A DNA stretch of 32,000 bases, from assembly GCA_027460535.1 (NCBI GenBank), contig JAPZAR010000025.1, forward strand, positions 30,001-62,000, in the 5' to 3' direction. The notes below the pieces were generated by a model. The model searched no databases and had not been told where the DNA came from. It was given only the letters and a program-made list of their open reading frames with translations. The position numbers and the translations under genes are program-made. Shown here piece after piece: positions 18,896-27,662 of this stretch; position 1 is the first letter of the stretch, and each line of letters starts with the position of its first letter. This DNA comes from Candidatus Methanoperedens sp. (GTDB taxonomy: Archaea > Halobacteriota > Methanosarcinia > Methanosarcinales > Methanoperedenaceae).

Positions 18896-19067
18896 TTATT
18901 TGTCCTCCTTTATTGAACGAAATCACCATAAAAAACTATAGTAGACTAGTTTTCTTAACGGACTACCTTATTATACATTATAAATCTTTCCTTTTCGAAT
19001 TACGATTTTTCCGCTATTGGATATCGGGTCAGAAAAAGAATCGCCTGAGACCACATGGCAATTAATA

Positions 19068-20879
19068 TTACATTTCGATCCGCGAAAGAACCCCGTGCAG
19101 CTTGTGGGGCGGGAGTTTATAGAATTGAACGAAAGCAGGAGTGAGTTTCTTGATCGTGGAATAAATCTTCCAGATAAAATTGTCCGTCACTATATCTTCA
19201 AGGCCATAGAAGATCGTTTTATCATCAATCCCCGACTCCTTCAATATCTTCTCAACATCCACTACCTCAAGATAGCCCATATAGATCTCAAAAACCCTTA
19301 ATCCTTCTGCTAGGTTGCTTTTAAATGAGCCTGATATGCCGAATGGGTTATCCATCTTGATAAGGGAGACTATGATATTATCCTCATAAATGATATTATT
19401 ATAGAACATGGTATTGACCATGTATGGAGGGATCTTTTTGACATCCCTTGCAAAAAAAAGAGCGGTGCCTTTTATTTTAGACATTGTATTATATAATTTA
19501 TTGTACTCTTCAAGAAAAGCATCCTGGTCCATGGGCTTAAGTGAATTATAGAGTTTTTTCTGCCCCGCGGTATAAATCGTAATTGTCCCTAATGGGATCA
19601 AAGCCAGAAGAATTGACCAGTAGCCGCCTGATGGGATCTTGTGCAGGCTTGAAAGAAGAAAAGCCATATCAACTACCGTTACAAGGAAAGAGATCGCTGT
19701 CTTGAACGGTTTATTTTTCAGATAAAATATCCAGGTCATCATTATGCCGGTAAGGGTCATTGTCCCCGTGACCGCGAGACCGTATGCATAGGCAAGGTGA
19801 TGGGATTCTTTGAATAAGAACATGACAAACAGGACCGAAATAAGCAAGCACCAGTTGGTAAAGCCGATGTATATCTGCGACATAAGTTCAGTTGAAGTGT
19901 AATCCACTTTGAGTATGGGCAATACTCGCGTGGTTATTCCCTGATAAACGATCGAGAACATCCCGCTGATCATGGCCTGAGAAGCTATGACAGTTGCGAG
20001 TATGCTGACAACCAGAAATGGCACGTAAAGAATGTGCGCCTGCTGGAAAACCATTTCAAAAAGTATATTTTTTGCATCCGGGTTCTGGATAACAAAAGCA
20101 CCCTGGCCGAGATAATTCAATAAAAGAGCGGCAAATACGAAATACCATGCCCTGATGATTGGCAGTTTTCCCAGATGACCCATATCTGCAAACAGCGCCT
20201 CACCGCCTGTGGCACAGAGTATCACCTGTGAAAGCAGAAAGAATCCTGCAAATCCATTTTGAAATAAAAATTTGAAAGCATAGTAAGGATTTATGGCTGC
20301 CAGTACAGAAGGGACATTGATGATAGAAACTAAACCGGAAACCGCAATGGACAGGAACCAGATCACCATGATAGGACCAAATGCCCACGCCACTTTTTCG
20401 GTCCCTTTTCTCTGAAAAGAAAAAAGTAATATCGCAATTATGGCTGCAATGATTACCAGCGTTTCCTGACCCGTTCCCTCTAAGCCCGGAATCAGGACCA
20501 GGCCTTCAACAGCGCTGAGTATGCTTATAGCGGGAGTTATTACACCGTCACCGAAAAGGAGAGATATGCCAATGAAGGAAAGCAGTGTGACAAATCCTAT
20601 CTGCCTTCCTGACTTCAACATGGGAACAAGCAATTCGCGGAGAACGATGGTACCTCCTTCGCCTTTCTGTCCCAGGCTCATCGCAAGCCATGCATATTCC
20701 ACACTCACAAGGATAATAAGTGTCCAGATAATAAGAGACAAAATACCTATTACATGATCCAGTGTGGGCTTTGTGAGGAGAAAAATAACAGTGAGGGTAT
20801 AGATTGGGCTTGTGCCTATGTCTCCGAAAACAAGACCGAGGGATTTTATTATTCCATTGAATGTTTCTTTTCCAGGCAT
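19068..20879 (-). CDS. kup: KUP/HAK/KT-family potassium uptake transporter
   Basis: The N-terminal GLVFGDIGTSPIYT signature, about 12 TM helices, and a cytoplasmic C-terminal domain. Length 603 aa. Confidence 0.9.
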   Translation of the reverse strand: MPGKETFNGIIKSLGLVFGDIGTSPIYTLTVIFLLTKPTLDHVIGILSLIIWTLIILVSVEYAWLAMSLGQKGEGGTIVLRELLVPMLKSGRQIGFVTLLSFIGISLLFGDGVITPAISILSAVEGLVLIPGLEGTGQETLVIIAAIIAILLFSFQRKGTEKVAWAFGPIMVIWFLSIAVSGLVSIINVPSVLAAINPYYAFKFLFQNGFAGFFLLSQVILCATGGEALFADMGHLGKLPIIRAWYFVFAALLLNYLGQGAFVIQNPDAKNILFEMVFQQAHILYVPFLVVSILATVIASQAMISGMFSIVYQGITTRVLPILKVDYTSTELMSQIYIGFTNWCLLISVLFVMFLFKESHHLAYAYGLAVTGTMTLTGIMMTWIFYLKNKPFKTAISFLVTVVDMAFLLSSLHKIPSGGYWSILLALIPLGTITIYTAGQKKLYNSLKPMDQDAFLEEYNKLYNTMSKIKGTALFFARDVKKIPPYMVNTMFYNNIIYEDNIIVSLIKMDNPFGISGSFKSNLAEGLRVFEIYMGYLEVVDVEKILKESGIDDKTIFYGLEDIVTDNFIWKIYSTIKKLTPAFVQFYKLPPHKLHGVLSRIEM

Positions 20880-21053
20880 AAATCTTCTATTTTGAAAGCA
20901 AGTGTTTTCTAAAATTTGTTATCTGCTATAATAGTCTCCAATAAACTAGCGCCTTTATTAATTTTCAATCCTTTAAATCTTATTGGATGTAATCCTGATT
21001 AGAAACTGCACTACAATTAATGAGATTTGGGACACGTCGATTTCATAGGTGGT

Positions 21054-21110
21054 AAGATAAGCGGGAAGGGGAGTGGGTGGTATCGTTTAAAAAAGAAACC
21101 CGCTTATCTT
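21054..21110. repeat. Perfect 12-bp inverted repeat AAGATAAGCGGG / CCCGCTTATCTT separated by a 33-nt G-rich then A-rich spacer
   Basis: Read directly in the 397-bp kup / lrp-like intergenic region: aagataagcggg(21054-21065)...cccgcttatctt(21099-21110). The presence is certain; the function is unknown. Confidence 0.8.
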
Positions 21111-21128
21111 GTTCGCTATATAACGAAC
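21111..21128. promoter_or_regulatory. GTTCG-CTATATAA-CGAAC palindrome-framed TATA-like element
   Basis: gttcgctatataacgaac has the same GTTCG-N8-CGAAC frame as 4807-4824. It is centred on a TATA-like octamer, 149 nt upstream of the Lrp-like/top6BA genes. Confidence 0.3.
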
Positions 21129-21276
21129 ATATCTCTGTTTGGCATTATCTAAATATATAGTTTTCCCTTGAATCGTTGTTCTGGGCGCCTGACCATACCA
21201 ACCTTTTTTAATACCTAAAGCTATCTTAATAAAAAATGCAGATAAACATAAGGATTAACAAGGAGGGAGACGAAGT

Positions 21277-21507
21277 TTGGTAATTGGAGTTACACTGGTA
21301 AATGTTGTGCCGGGACAGGAAAAAGCGGCGTATAATGAGCTTATAAAAATTAAAGGCATCAAAGACGTTTATCATGTCTTTGGGGAATTTGATTTCGTAG
21401 TCATAAGCAACGTTGACGGATTAAGTGCTTTGAATAAACTGGTGGATACTATAAGGGAAAGCGAGAACGTCACGGCTACTCAAACCATAGTGGGAGCGGA
21501 ACTTTAA
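21277..21507 (+). CDS. Stand-alone Lrp/AsnC-type ligand-binding (RAM) domain protein, 76 aa, no HTH
   Basis: [63 protein letters not shown] shows the pattern of the Lrp/AsnC C-terminal domain. The start is TTG, with AGGAGGGAG 7 nt upstream. Confidence 0.7.
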   Translation: MVIGVTLVNVVPGQEKAAYNELIKIKGIKDVYHVFGEFDFVVISNVDGLSALNKLVDTIRESENVTATQTIVGAEL

Positions 21508-21518
21508 GAGGTTGCCTA

Positions 21519-23372
21519 ATGGCAATTGCCGATGAACTTGCCAAGAAGCAAAAGGCCATCAGCATTGCCGAATTTTTCGAGAAGAATAGGCAAATACTGG
21601 GCTTTGACTCAAGCCCGAGATGCCTGCTTACATCCGTAAAAGAGGCGGTAGATAATTCTCTGGACGCATGCGAGGAAGCCAGCATACTGCCTGATATTTT
21701 TATCAAGATAGAAACCAAATCCAAGGATAACCTGACCCTTATCGTGGAAGATAATGGCCCAGGGATCGTCAGGGAACAGATCCCCCGGGTTTTCGCAAAA
21801 CTGCTCTACGGTTCGCGTTTTCATTCTATCAAGCAAAGCCGCGGCCAGCAGGGGATAGGCATCTCGGCTGCCGTTCTGTATTCGCAGCTCACATCCGGCC
21901 GCCCTGCCAAAATAGTGTCCAAAATTGATCGCGACGCTCCAGCCCATTACTTTGAATTGCTCATAAATACACAGACCAATGAACCCGAGATCCTTGCCGA
22001 TAAAATTACCGAATGGGACCGGTTGCGGGGTACGCGTATCGAACTTGAAATGGAAGCCTCATATATTAAAGGAAAGAGGAAATCGGTATATGAATACCTG
22101 AAGGATACTGCAATAGTGAACCCCCATGCACGAATAACCCTTGTTGAACCTGATGGCAACCAGGTTATTTTTGAGAGAGCGACCGATAAAGTGCCCGTGC
22201 AGCCAAAAGAGATCCTGCCACACCCTCACGGCATAGAACTCGGGACACTGATGAAGATGCTGCGGTATGCAGAAAGCGAAACGCTTGACTCATTTCTCCG
22301 CAGTTCTTTCTCACGCATAGGTGCCCAGACGGCAAGAGATATATGCAAAAAGGCCGGCTTGGAAGCTGAAAAGAATCCAAAAACAGTGACGCTCGATGAG
22401 GCAAAGAGGCTGCATGAGGCTTTTGGGAAGGCTAAGATCCAGGCTCCTCCCACGGATTGCCTTTCTCCAATAACAGAGGAACTGATACGGAAAGGACTTG
22501 AGAAGGAACATACCATTGATTTCATCGAGACCACAACGCGCCCCGCCGCAGTGCACAGCGGCCATCCTTTCCAGGTTGAAGCTGGAATAGCATTTGGAGG
22601 AAATCTTCCGAAAGAGGAAAAGGTAGAGATACTCAGGTTCGCAAACCGCGTGCCTTTACTTTACCAGCAGGGAGCCTGCGCTATAACACATGCGGTCGAG
22701 AATATCAAGTGGAGGAATTATTCTCTCGACCAGCCTGGGGGTGACACGCTTCCCATAGGCCCAGCTATCATTTTGGTGCATGTGGCATCAACGCATATCC
22801 CGTTCACGTCCGAATCCAAAGAAGCAATCGCAGAGGTGCCTGAGATCGCTGAAGAGATCGGTCTTGCGTTGAAGGAGGTAGCCCGGCGGCTTAAACTCTA
22901 CTTATCCAGGAAGGATAAACTCCTTCAGAGAAAAGAAAAGGAAGAGATCATCCAGAAGATACTGCCGCGCATAGCAAAGAAAGTTGGCGAGATACTTGAT
23001 AGACCCACACCGGATATTTCCCCGGTCGTTGCAAAGATAATGGGCAATGTATTTATCCAGAGGGTGGTATCGCAGAACGGGAAGGGTTGCGATGTAGAGA
23101 TACGCATTAAGAACCACAGCGAAAACGTACATACTTTCAATCTTCATGAAACCCTGCTTTATAGCATTGAATCGGCAAGCCCTGACCCCAAAAAGATCCC
23201 TCTCGGAAAGCAGACGGATTATCTCTGGAAGATCTCCCTGAAGCCCAGGGAAGAAAAGGCCCTGATCTACAAATTGAATATAGGTCTTGAAGAGGCTTCA
23301 AAATTGCCACAGCTCGTGGTGGACGGGATAGATGAGGAACTTATTACCGGGGCAAAGGTCGTGAATGTGTGA
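21519..23372 (+). CDS. top6B: DNA topoisomerase VI subunit B
   Basis: [43 protein letters not shown] and [16 protein letters not shown] are GHKL ATPase motifs in the Top6B arrangement. Length 617 aa. There is a 4-nt overlap with top6A. Confidence 0.95.
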   Translation: MAIADELAKKQKAISIAEFFEKNRQILGFDSSPRCLLTSVKEAVDNSLDACEEASILPDIFIKIETKSKDNLTLIVEDNGPGIVREQIPRVFAKLLYGSRFHSIKQSRGQQGIGISAAVLYSQLTSGRPAKIVSKIDRDAPAHYFELLINTQTNEPEILADKITEWDRLRGTRIELEMEASYIKGKRKSVYEYLKDTAIVNPHARITLVEPDGNQVIFERATDKVPVQPKEILPHPHGIELGTLMKMLRYAESETLDSFLRSSFSRIGAQTARDICKKAGLEAEKNPKTVTLDEAKRLHEAFGKAKIQAPPTDCLSPITEELIRKGLEKEHTIDFIETTTRPAAVHSGHPFQVEAGIAFGGNLPKEEKVEILRFANRVPLLYQQGACAITHAVENIKWRNYSLDQPGGDTLPIGPAIILVHVASTHIPFTSESKEAIAEVPEIAEEIGLALKEVARRLKLYLSRKDKLLQRKEKEEIIQKILPRIAKKVGEILDRPTPDISPVVAKIMGNVFIQRVVSQNGKGCDVEIRIKNHSENVHTFNLHETLLYSIESASPDPKKIPLGKQTDYLWKISLKPREEKALIYKLNIGLEEASKLPQLVVDGIDEELITGAKVVNV

Positions 23373-24472
23373 TAGAAAAAAGCAACAAGGAGATAAGGGA
23401 TTCCCTTTCAAAAACTACGCTTAAAAAGCTTATTCAGGATTTCTACGAACAGTTCGAGAGCGAAACCATTCCTCACATAATCCTCCCATCGCGCACAAAG
23501 AAGAACATAGAACTAAAGGAGGACAGCGATGTGTGGGTCTATGGGGATAGCGAGAGTCTGCGGAGTGCAAAAACAGTTAAGGGTGCAAACCAGCTCCTGA
23601 AGACGTCGCATGTTGTTGAATTGTTGATCAAAGGGCATCTTGACCAGAACAAAAGCTCAACACTGAGAGAATTGTATTATATCAGTGAGAATTGGGATAT
23701 CGCAAAATTCAATGAACAGGCGGAGAGCGACAGGCTCATCGAGGACCTTGAGATCATAACAGGACTCCAGCGAGAGGATTTCCACGTGCGCCCGGAGGAG
23801 AACGGCGCCACTCTCTATGGGCCGATCAAGCTCAAAGAGCTAACCAAGAGAGGAGAGCGCACCATCCACTGCCAGGAGGACGTGGGCGAGGCGGGATACC
23901 AGATACCTTACAACGTGGAGACAGTCAAATTCATGGAGCACGACGCGAAATTCATCATCGCCATAGAAACAGGCGGTATGCAGGACAGGCTCATCGAGAA
24001 CGGGTTCGATGAAAAATTCGATGCCATCCTGGTGCACCTGAAAGGCCAGCCCGCGCGCAGCACTCGCAGGATAATCAAGCGCATGAACGAGGAACTGAAG
24101 CTCCCGGTTGTAGTGTTCACGGACGGCGACCCCTGGAGTTTCCGCATTTATGCAAGTGTTGCCTACGGCGCTATCAAGAGCGCGCATCTCTCGGAGTTCA
24201 TGGCAACCCCGGCAGCGAAGTTCATCGGGGTGCAGTCATCTGATATCGTGGAGTACGAGCTATCCACCGATAAGCTCAATGAGCAGGATGTTAAGGCGCT
24301 GCAGAGCGAACTTACAGACCCGAGGTTTGATACTGATTACTGGAAAGAGCAGATAAACATGATGCTGAAGCTGGGGAAGAAGTCTGAGCAGCAGGCTTTT
24401 GCGGGGAAGGGGCTGGATTATGTGACTGATGTGTATCTGCCGGAGAGGCTTGGGGAGATGGGGGTGGTTTGA
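23369..24472 (+). CDS. top6A: DNA topoisomerase VI subunit A (Spo11-like)
   Basis: [13 protein letters not shown] carries the catalytic Tyr region. [14 protein letters not shown] and [14 protein letters not shown] are Toprim motifs. The GTG start overlaps the top6B stop (GTGA). Confidence 0.93.
   Translation: MIEKSNKEIRDSLSKTTLKKLIQDFYEQFESETIPHIILPSRTKKNIELKEDSDVWVYGDSESLRSAKTVKGANQLLKTSHVVELLIKGHLDQNKSSTLRELYYISENWDIAKFNEQAESDRLIEDLEIITGLQREDFHVRPEENGATLYGPIKLKELTKRGERTIHCQEDVGEAGYQIPYNVETVKFMEHDAKFIIAIETGGMQDRLIENGFDEKFDAILVHLKGQPARSTRRIIKRMNEELKLPVVVFTDGDPWSFRIYASVAYGAIKSAHLSEFMATPAAKFIGVQSSDIVEYELSTDKLNEQDVKALQSELTDPRFDTDYWKEQINMMLKLGKKSEQQAFAGKGLDYVTDVYLPERLGEMGVV
24365..24472 (+). repeat. 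Direct repeat copy 1, the in-gene 3' end of top6A
   Basis: 24376-24450 is identical (75/75 by eye) to 24844-24918. Flanking bases on both sides are similar but diverged. Confidence 0.9.
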
Positions 24473-24801
24473 TGGATGAAAGTGCTGTTTATGATGGATT
24501 AAAGAGAGATCCCAAAAATGTGGGTTTTAACAGGTATGCGATAGAAATTTTCTATAGCGAGGAAGATGAAGGCTATATTGCCGTAGCACCAGAACTGCCT
24601 GATTGTTCTGCTTTTGGGGAAACTGAGGAGGAGGCATTGAAGGAAATCAAGATAGCGATTGACTTATGGCTGGAAACCGCTATGAAAGACGGGAGAGAAA
24701 TACCTAAACCAACAGGAAAAGAACTCCTGAGGACTGCGGTTGAGGGATTAATTGGCTTTAAAGCAGGACGTTCGCAAAAAGTCAGTGCGGAATGTGCATA
24801 G
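24472..24801 (+). CDS. HicB-family antitoxin-like protein (orphan; no hicA seen)
   Basis: YAIEIFYSEEDEGYIAVAPELPDCSAFGETEEEALKEIKIAIDLWLETAMKDGREIPKP is the typical HicB N-terminal (RNase H-like fold) pattern. The ATG at 24472 overlaps the top6A TGA (TGATG); an in-frame TTG lies at 24469. Confidence 0.75.
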   Translation: MDESAVYDGLKRDPKNVGFNRYAIEIFYSEEDEGYIAVAPELPDCSAFGETEEEALKEIKIAIDLWLETAMKDGREIPKPTGKELLRTAVEGLIGFKAGRSQKVSAECA

Positions 24802-24832
24802 ATATTTGATGAGAAATGATATTTGCCAGCAG

Positions 24833-24940
24833 TTGAAGCCGGAGAAGAAGTCTGAGCAGCAGGCTTTTGCGGGGAAGGGGCTGGATTATGTGACTGATGT
24901 GTATCTGCCGGAGAGGCTGGGGAAGATGGGGATGGTGTGA
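24833..24940 (+). pseudogene. Orphan duplicated 3' fragment of top6A (last ~33 codons, own stop)
   Basis: It translates [36 protein letters not shown], against the top6A end [36 protein letters not shown]. There is no upstream top6A body. Confidence 0.85.
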
Positions 24941-25219
24941 AAATCATTTTGAAACTTTAAGTCTCAATAAATTTTTATATCAATAATACCTTAATTAATG
25001 AAAATCTCTATGCATAAACTGAAAAAGTATTTGGAGAAACTAGTGGAAAAATTTATATCGTTAAAATCTTTTGTATTAAATCTTATTTTTATCTCAGTGT
25101 AGTTATTTATAGCTATTTTTGTTTTGCTTCTGTTTCCGATTTTGGTTATACACTCGAAATATTGGCTGTATCCCTTACTGCTCTCCCATGCCCACTCATT
25201 CGCACTTGTAGAGCAGCCC

Positions 25220-25715
25220 ATCCCCTCGCTGAACCCGGCGCTATGGCTATTTATGGCCCGGCGCCGTCCTGCGAGATCCACGGCATCCCTGCTTCCAATC
25301 CACAACATTCGGGCTGCAAACCTCAAAGCCATGCGCCGAACAGTCAAAAATAATGTTGTTATCACATTCCCAGACCCCGGCGCCGCCGCAAAATGCGATG
25401 AAACGCCCCAAAAATCTTCGCGCTCTCTGCGTCCTTCGCGGTGCACTCATCGACTAAAACCGCAAAGCCGGCTATGAACCGTGGTTCATATATCTGAATG
25501 AAAAGGCCATTGTGACGCAAGAACACGGATTGCACGGATGACACTGATGCGCACGGATTAAAGGTATCCGTGAAAATCCGTCTAATCCGTGTCATCCGTG
25601 TTCGATGTCGTGGTATTATTCATACCAGAACGCAAAGCACAGCTTGCTAAAATTTCAATCCGAGTTCGTACAAATTTGTACGAGTTCGCCGTTTAATTTA
25701 TGATAATGCACGCCG
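25220..25715 (+). repeat. Copy A of a ~480-bp non-coding, hairpin-rich direct repeat
   Basis: It aligns by eye with 28108-28588. The core (about 25333-25650 vs 28208-28525) shows roughly six differences in ~310 bp, and the edges are more diverged. Only short frames of implausible composition cross it. Confidence 0.9.
25521..25603. repeat. Heptamer array: 3x CACGGAT followed by 4x inverted ATCCGT(G), forming nested hairpins
   Basis: gaaCACGGATtgCACGGATgacactgatgcgCACGGATtaaaggtATCCGTGaaaATCCGTctaATCCGTGtcATCCGTGttc. The outer arms gaacacggat...gatgacac and gtgtcatccgtgttc are complementary. Confidence 0.9.
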
Positions 25716-25799
25716 CTCCAAACAGATACCCGCGCCTCCCGCACACACCCTGCGCGGGTCGAAGAAAGCACATAGAACGATTACTTTCCCTGCTCAATC

Positions 25800-26492
25800 C
25801 TATCCTGAATATCCGCATACCCCAACCCGCGGCGAGTTGACCACAGGCAGCAATAAATCTTCCCCACATTCATGATCAGGAGCACAATATTCACAAACCC
25901 ACCCTTCTCCTGAATGGCTGCATTGTCTACAAATATATGTTGCAATTTTCCCGCATGAATCACACATGACCACGGGCAGCTCATTTCTTGCGAGAATTTC
26001 AATCGATCTGTCTGAATCTTCAATTTCCCGTTCATTTACTACTTTGAGCTCAAGGCAAGTGGGGCTTCCAAAATCATATTCATAATAAAATTCTTTTCCA
26101 GGTCTTAAAACTTTTTCAAGCAAATAATTCATACTTTTATCTTCTTTAAAATATTCATCCGTTTCTGATATATACCTTTTCCCATTTATTGTAAACGCGC
26201 TCAAATGCCCACAGCACTCGACCCAGGTATCCCTGAGAAAAACATCAAGTCCTCTAAGAAGAGAATTTGCCGGTGCTTCAAAGTACATCCAGTACTCATG
26301 CAAAAAGCTTCCCTTAACCAGAATCGTGAATAATCTCGTTTGTATAGGTACAGAAAAACCTGAAGGTTTTCGAACATGATATTTTTTCACGCATTGTACA
26401 AGGTGCTTTTTCATTGCGGTCTTACCGAATACACCTCCGCACAAGGAGCAAATACCATTTGTTTTTTGAATTTTGGGTTTTCGTGCTGTCAT
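25800..26492 (-). CDS. PRiA4-ORF3-like (MM3350-like, 'IS1096 passenger TnpR'-type) domain protein flanked by zinc-ribbon motifs
   Basis: The LFTILVKG...YWMYFEAPANSLLRGLDVFLRDTWVECCGHLSAFTINGKRY...YYEYDFGSPTCLELKVV pattern resembles the pRiA4b ORF-3 family (L.v.L..., HLh.F.i.g, Y.YDFGD.W.h). The N-terminus has CSLCGG...HLVQC. The C-terminus has CDSCGK...CRQC...CEYC...HEC. Confidence 0.55.
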   Translation of the reverse strand: MTARKPKIQKTNGICSLCGGVFGKTAMKKHLVQCVKKYHVRKPSGFSVPIQTRLFTILVKGSFLHEYWMYFEAPANSLLRGLDVFLRDTWVECCGHLSAFTINGKRYISETDEYFKEDKSMNYLLEKVLRPGKEFYYEYDFGSPTCLELKVVNEREIEDSDRSIEILARNELPVVMCDSCGKIATYICRQCSHSGEGWVCEYCAPDHECGEDLLLPVVNSPRVGVCGYSG

Positions 26493-26638
26493 GTTGTGAT
26501 GCCTCGATATCTGGACATACTAACCAGAAATAGTTGATACCACTATATATTAGAATTCGTGATTTGTTGTTGAAAAGAACAAGCTAAGCCCTATGATCTC
26601 CACCGCTAACCTTCCGTTTGCCGCAGCCGAAATTAGAG

Positions 26639-27106
26639 TTAGCTCCCTACTTTCAAAATTTCAGATAGAGCATCCTTCGCATGATAAACTTTAAACTTGC
26701 CGTCCTTTGTTCTTATCCTGTCAATAAAATCTTTTTCATCGAGTGATATAAGGCTGGTCTTAAAATCAAGCGAAGTCTGGAGATAAAAAGCATCGGCTGA
26801 ATAAACCCGATATTTTAATGCTGTTTTTCCTACCCTTTCACACAGGGCACTGGAACCATAGTCTTCAAGATGATATACCATTTTATAAAATTCTTTCAGG
26901 GCTTTCTTTGCCGGAGGTTCACCTTTTATTTTTCCAATTGCGTTGTAGAGCTCTGTGATGCACAATGTGGGTTGATAGAGTATGAATGATGTGCCCACAA
27001 AGTTCAATATTTCTCTGCAATCCTTGCTATACTCTTCATTTTCTTTGATGGCTGAGATGAACACATTAGAATCGAGAGTTACTCGTGTATTAATAACCCC
27101 TGGCAT
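26639..27106 (-). CDS. PIN-domain (VapC-like) toxin
   Basis: The acidic quartet is in PIN spacing: VTLDSNVF (D), CITELYNAI (E), YSADAFYLQ (D), LISLDEKDF (D). I prefer the start MPGVINTRV at 27106; the track start at 27133 is also possible. It overlaps the upstream small gene. Confidence 0.7.
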   Translation of the reverse strand: MPGVINTRVTLDSNVFISAIKENEEYSKDCREILNFVGTSFILYQPTLCITELYNAIGKIKGEPPAKKALKEFYKMVYHLEDYGSSALCERVGKTALKYRVYSADAFYLQTSLDFKTSLISLDEKDFIDRIRTKDGKFKVYHAKDALSEILKVGS

Positions 27107-27314
27107 GTTTTCGCTCAGTTCTAACCATTTCAACAGAACTTATTTCAATTTTATCCGGAATATCTTTCAGTTTTAAAAAATCAAGAGCCGCTTTATGCAT
27201 CGCTTTTTTTGGCTTGACTGCTGAAACTCTTGTTTGGGAACATATGCCCTTCCTTAATTCCTGCATCTCTTTTTCCAGTTTCTTCATCCGGGTCAATACT
27301 TTCTGGACTTGCAT
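27090..27314 (-). CDS. Small antitoxin-like protein upstream of the PIN gene (VapB-like by position)
   Basis: 74 aa, charged and helical (MQVQKVLTRMKKLEKEMQELRK...ISSVEMVRTERK). It overlaps the PIN gene start, which is classic type II TA architecture. Confidence 0.5.
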   Translation of the reverse strand: MQVQKVLTRMKKLEKEMQELRKGICSQTRVSAVKPKKAMHKAALDFLKLKDIPDKIEISSVEMVRTERKHARGY

Positions 27315-27333
27315 ATTGAAACATAATGTCGGA

Positions 27334-27346
27334 TTTATATATAAAA
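27334..27346 (-). promoter_or_regulatory. TATA-box-like element (TTTTATATATAAA on minus) about 26 nt upstream of the antitoxin ATG, suggesting a leaderless transcript
   Basis: The plus strand reads tttatatataaaa at 27334-27346. The spacing to the start codon at 27314 fits an archaeal TATA-to-TSS distance. Confidence 0.4.
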
Positions 27347-27470
27347 CTTAACCCGAATTAAAATAGAAAACAATCCTTCAATTATTCATCCCTGGCATTC
27401 CAAGCACTCAATATCCTGTTCAGTCAAAGGCAGCTTTGATATTTCCTTCCATGATTGGCTAACATCATAA

Positions 27471-27662
27471 AGCCAACAAATAACGCAAACCAGCGCCTCC
27501 ATCGCACAATCCCATGCCCCCATCGTTCTGGCGGCGCCTGACAGCCCCGAATTAGAAACAAGCGCTGTAGAGGATGCTCTGGGCGCGTGGGGTCATGATG
27601 TGGATAGTAAGAAATTTGTGGATAATCTGCGCAAGTCCAAGAGATTAGATTGGGTAAAATGA
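27471..27662 (+). pseudogene. Antitoxin remnant: open frame without a start codon; only the C-terminal ~30 codons are antitoxin-like
   Basis: The frame ends EDALGAWGHDVDSKKFVDNLRKSKRLDWVK*, with its stop overlapping the next ATG (ATGA). This is typical of archaeal PIN-partner antitoxin tails (..G.W.d.D..ef...lR). The N-terminal part is GC-rich repeat-like sequence, with no Met after the upstream stop at 27468. Confidence 0.4.

Noticed and set aside
19017-19301. 94-aa plus-strand ORF at the 3' end of kup
   Set aside because: It overlaps the well-supported C-terminal domain of Kup on the opposite strand, and its TTG-type start has no signals.
20880-21276. c-di-AMP (ydaO/kimA-type) or other known riboswitch in the kup leader
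   Set aside because: I looked because kup-family genes are riboswitch-controlled in bacteria. I could not recognise the conserved pseudo-symmetric ydaO core. Only the simple 12-bp inverted repeat is evident.
24991-25446. 151-aa minus-strand ORF and overlapping frames across repeat copy A (25124-25477, 25247-25450, 25362-25595), with equivalents in copy B (28063-28353, 28072-28326, 28077-28322)
   Set aside because: The frames run through a non-coding repeat in several overlapping phases on both strands and have low-complexity, Arg-rich content. The AT-rich tail (possible 76-aa ORF at 24991-25221) has no usable RBS spacing and no recognisable motif. It might still be a small gene, but I cannot support it.
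25521-25603. Possibility that the heptamer repeats represent a CRISPR array
   Set aside because: The units are 7 nt long, there are no unique spacers of 25-40 nt, the array is internally palindromic, and no cas genes are present. It is not a CRISPR.
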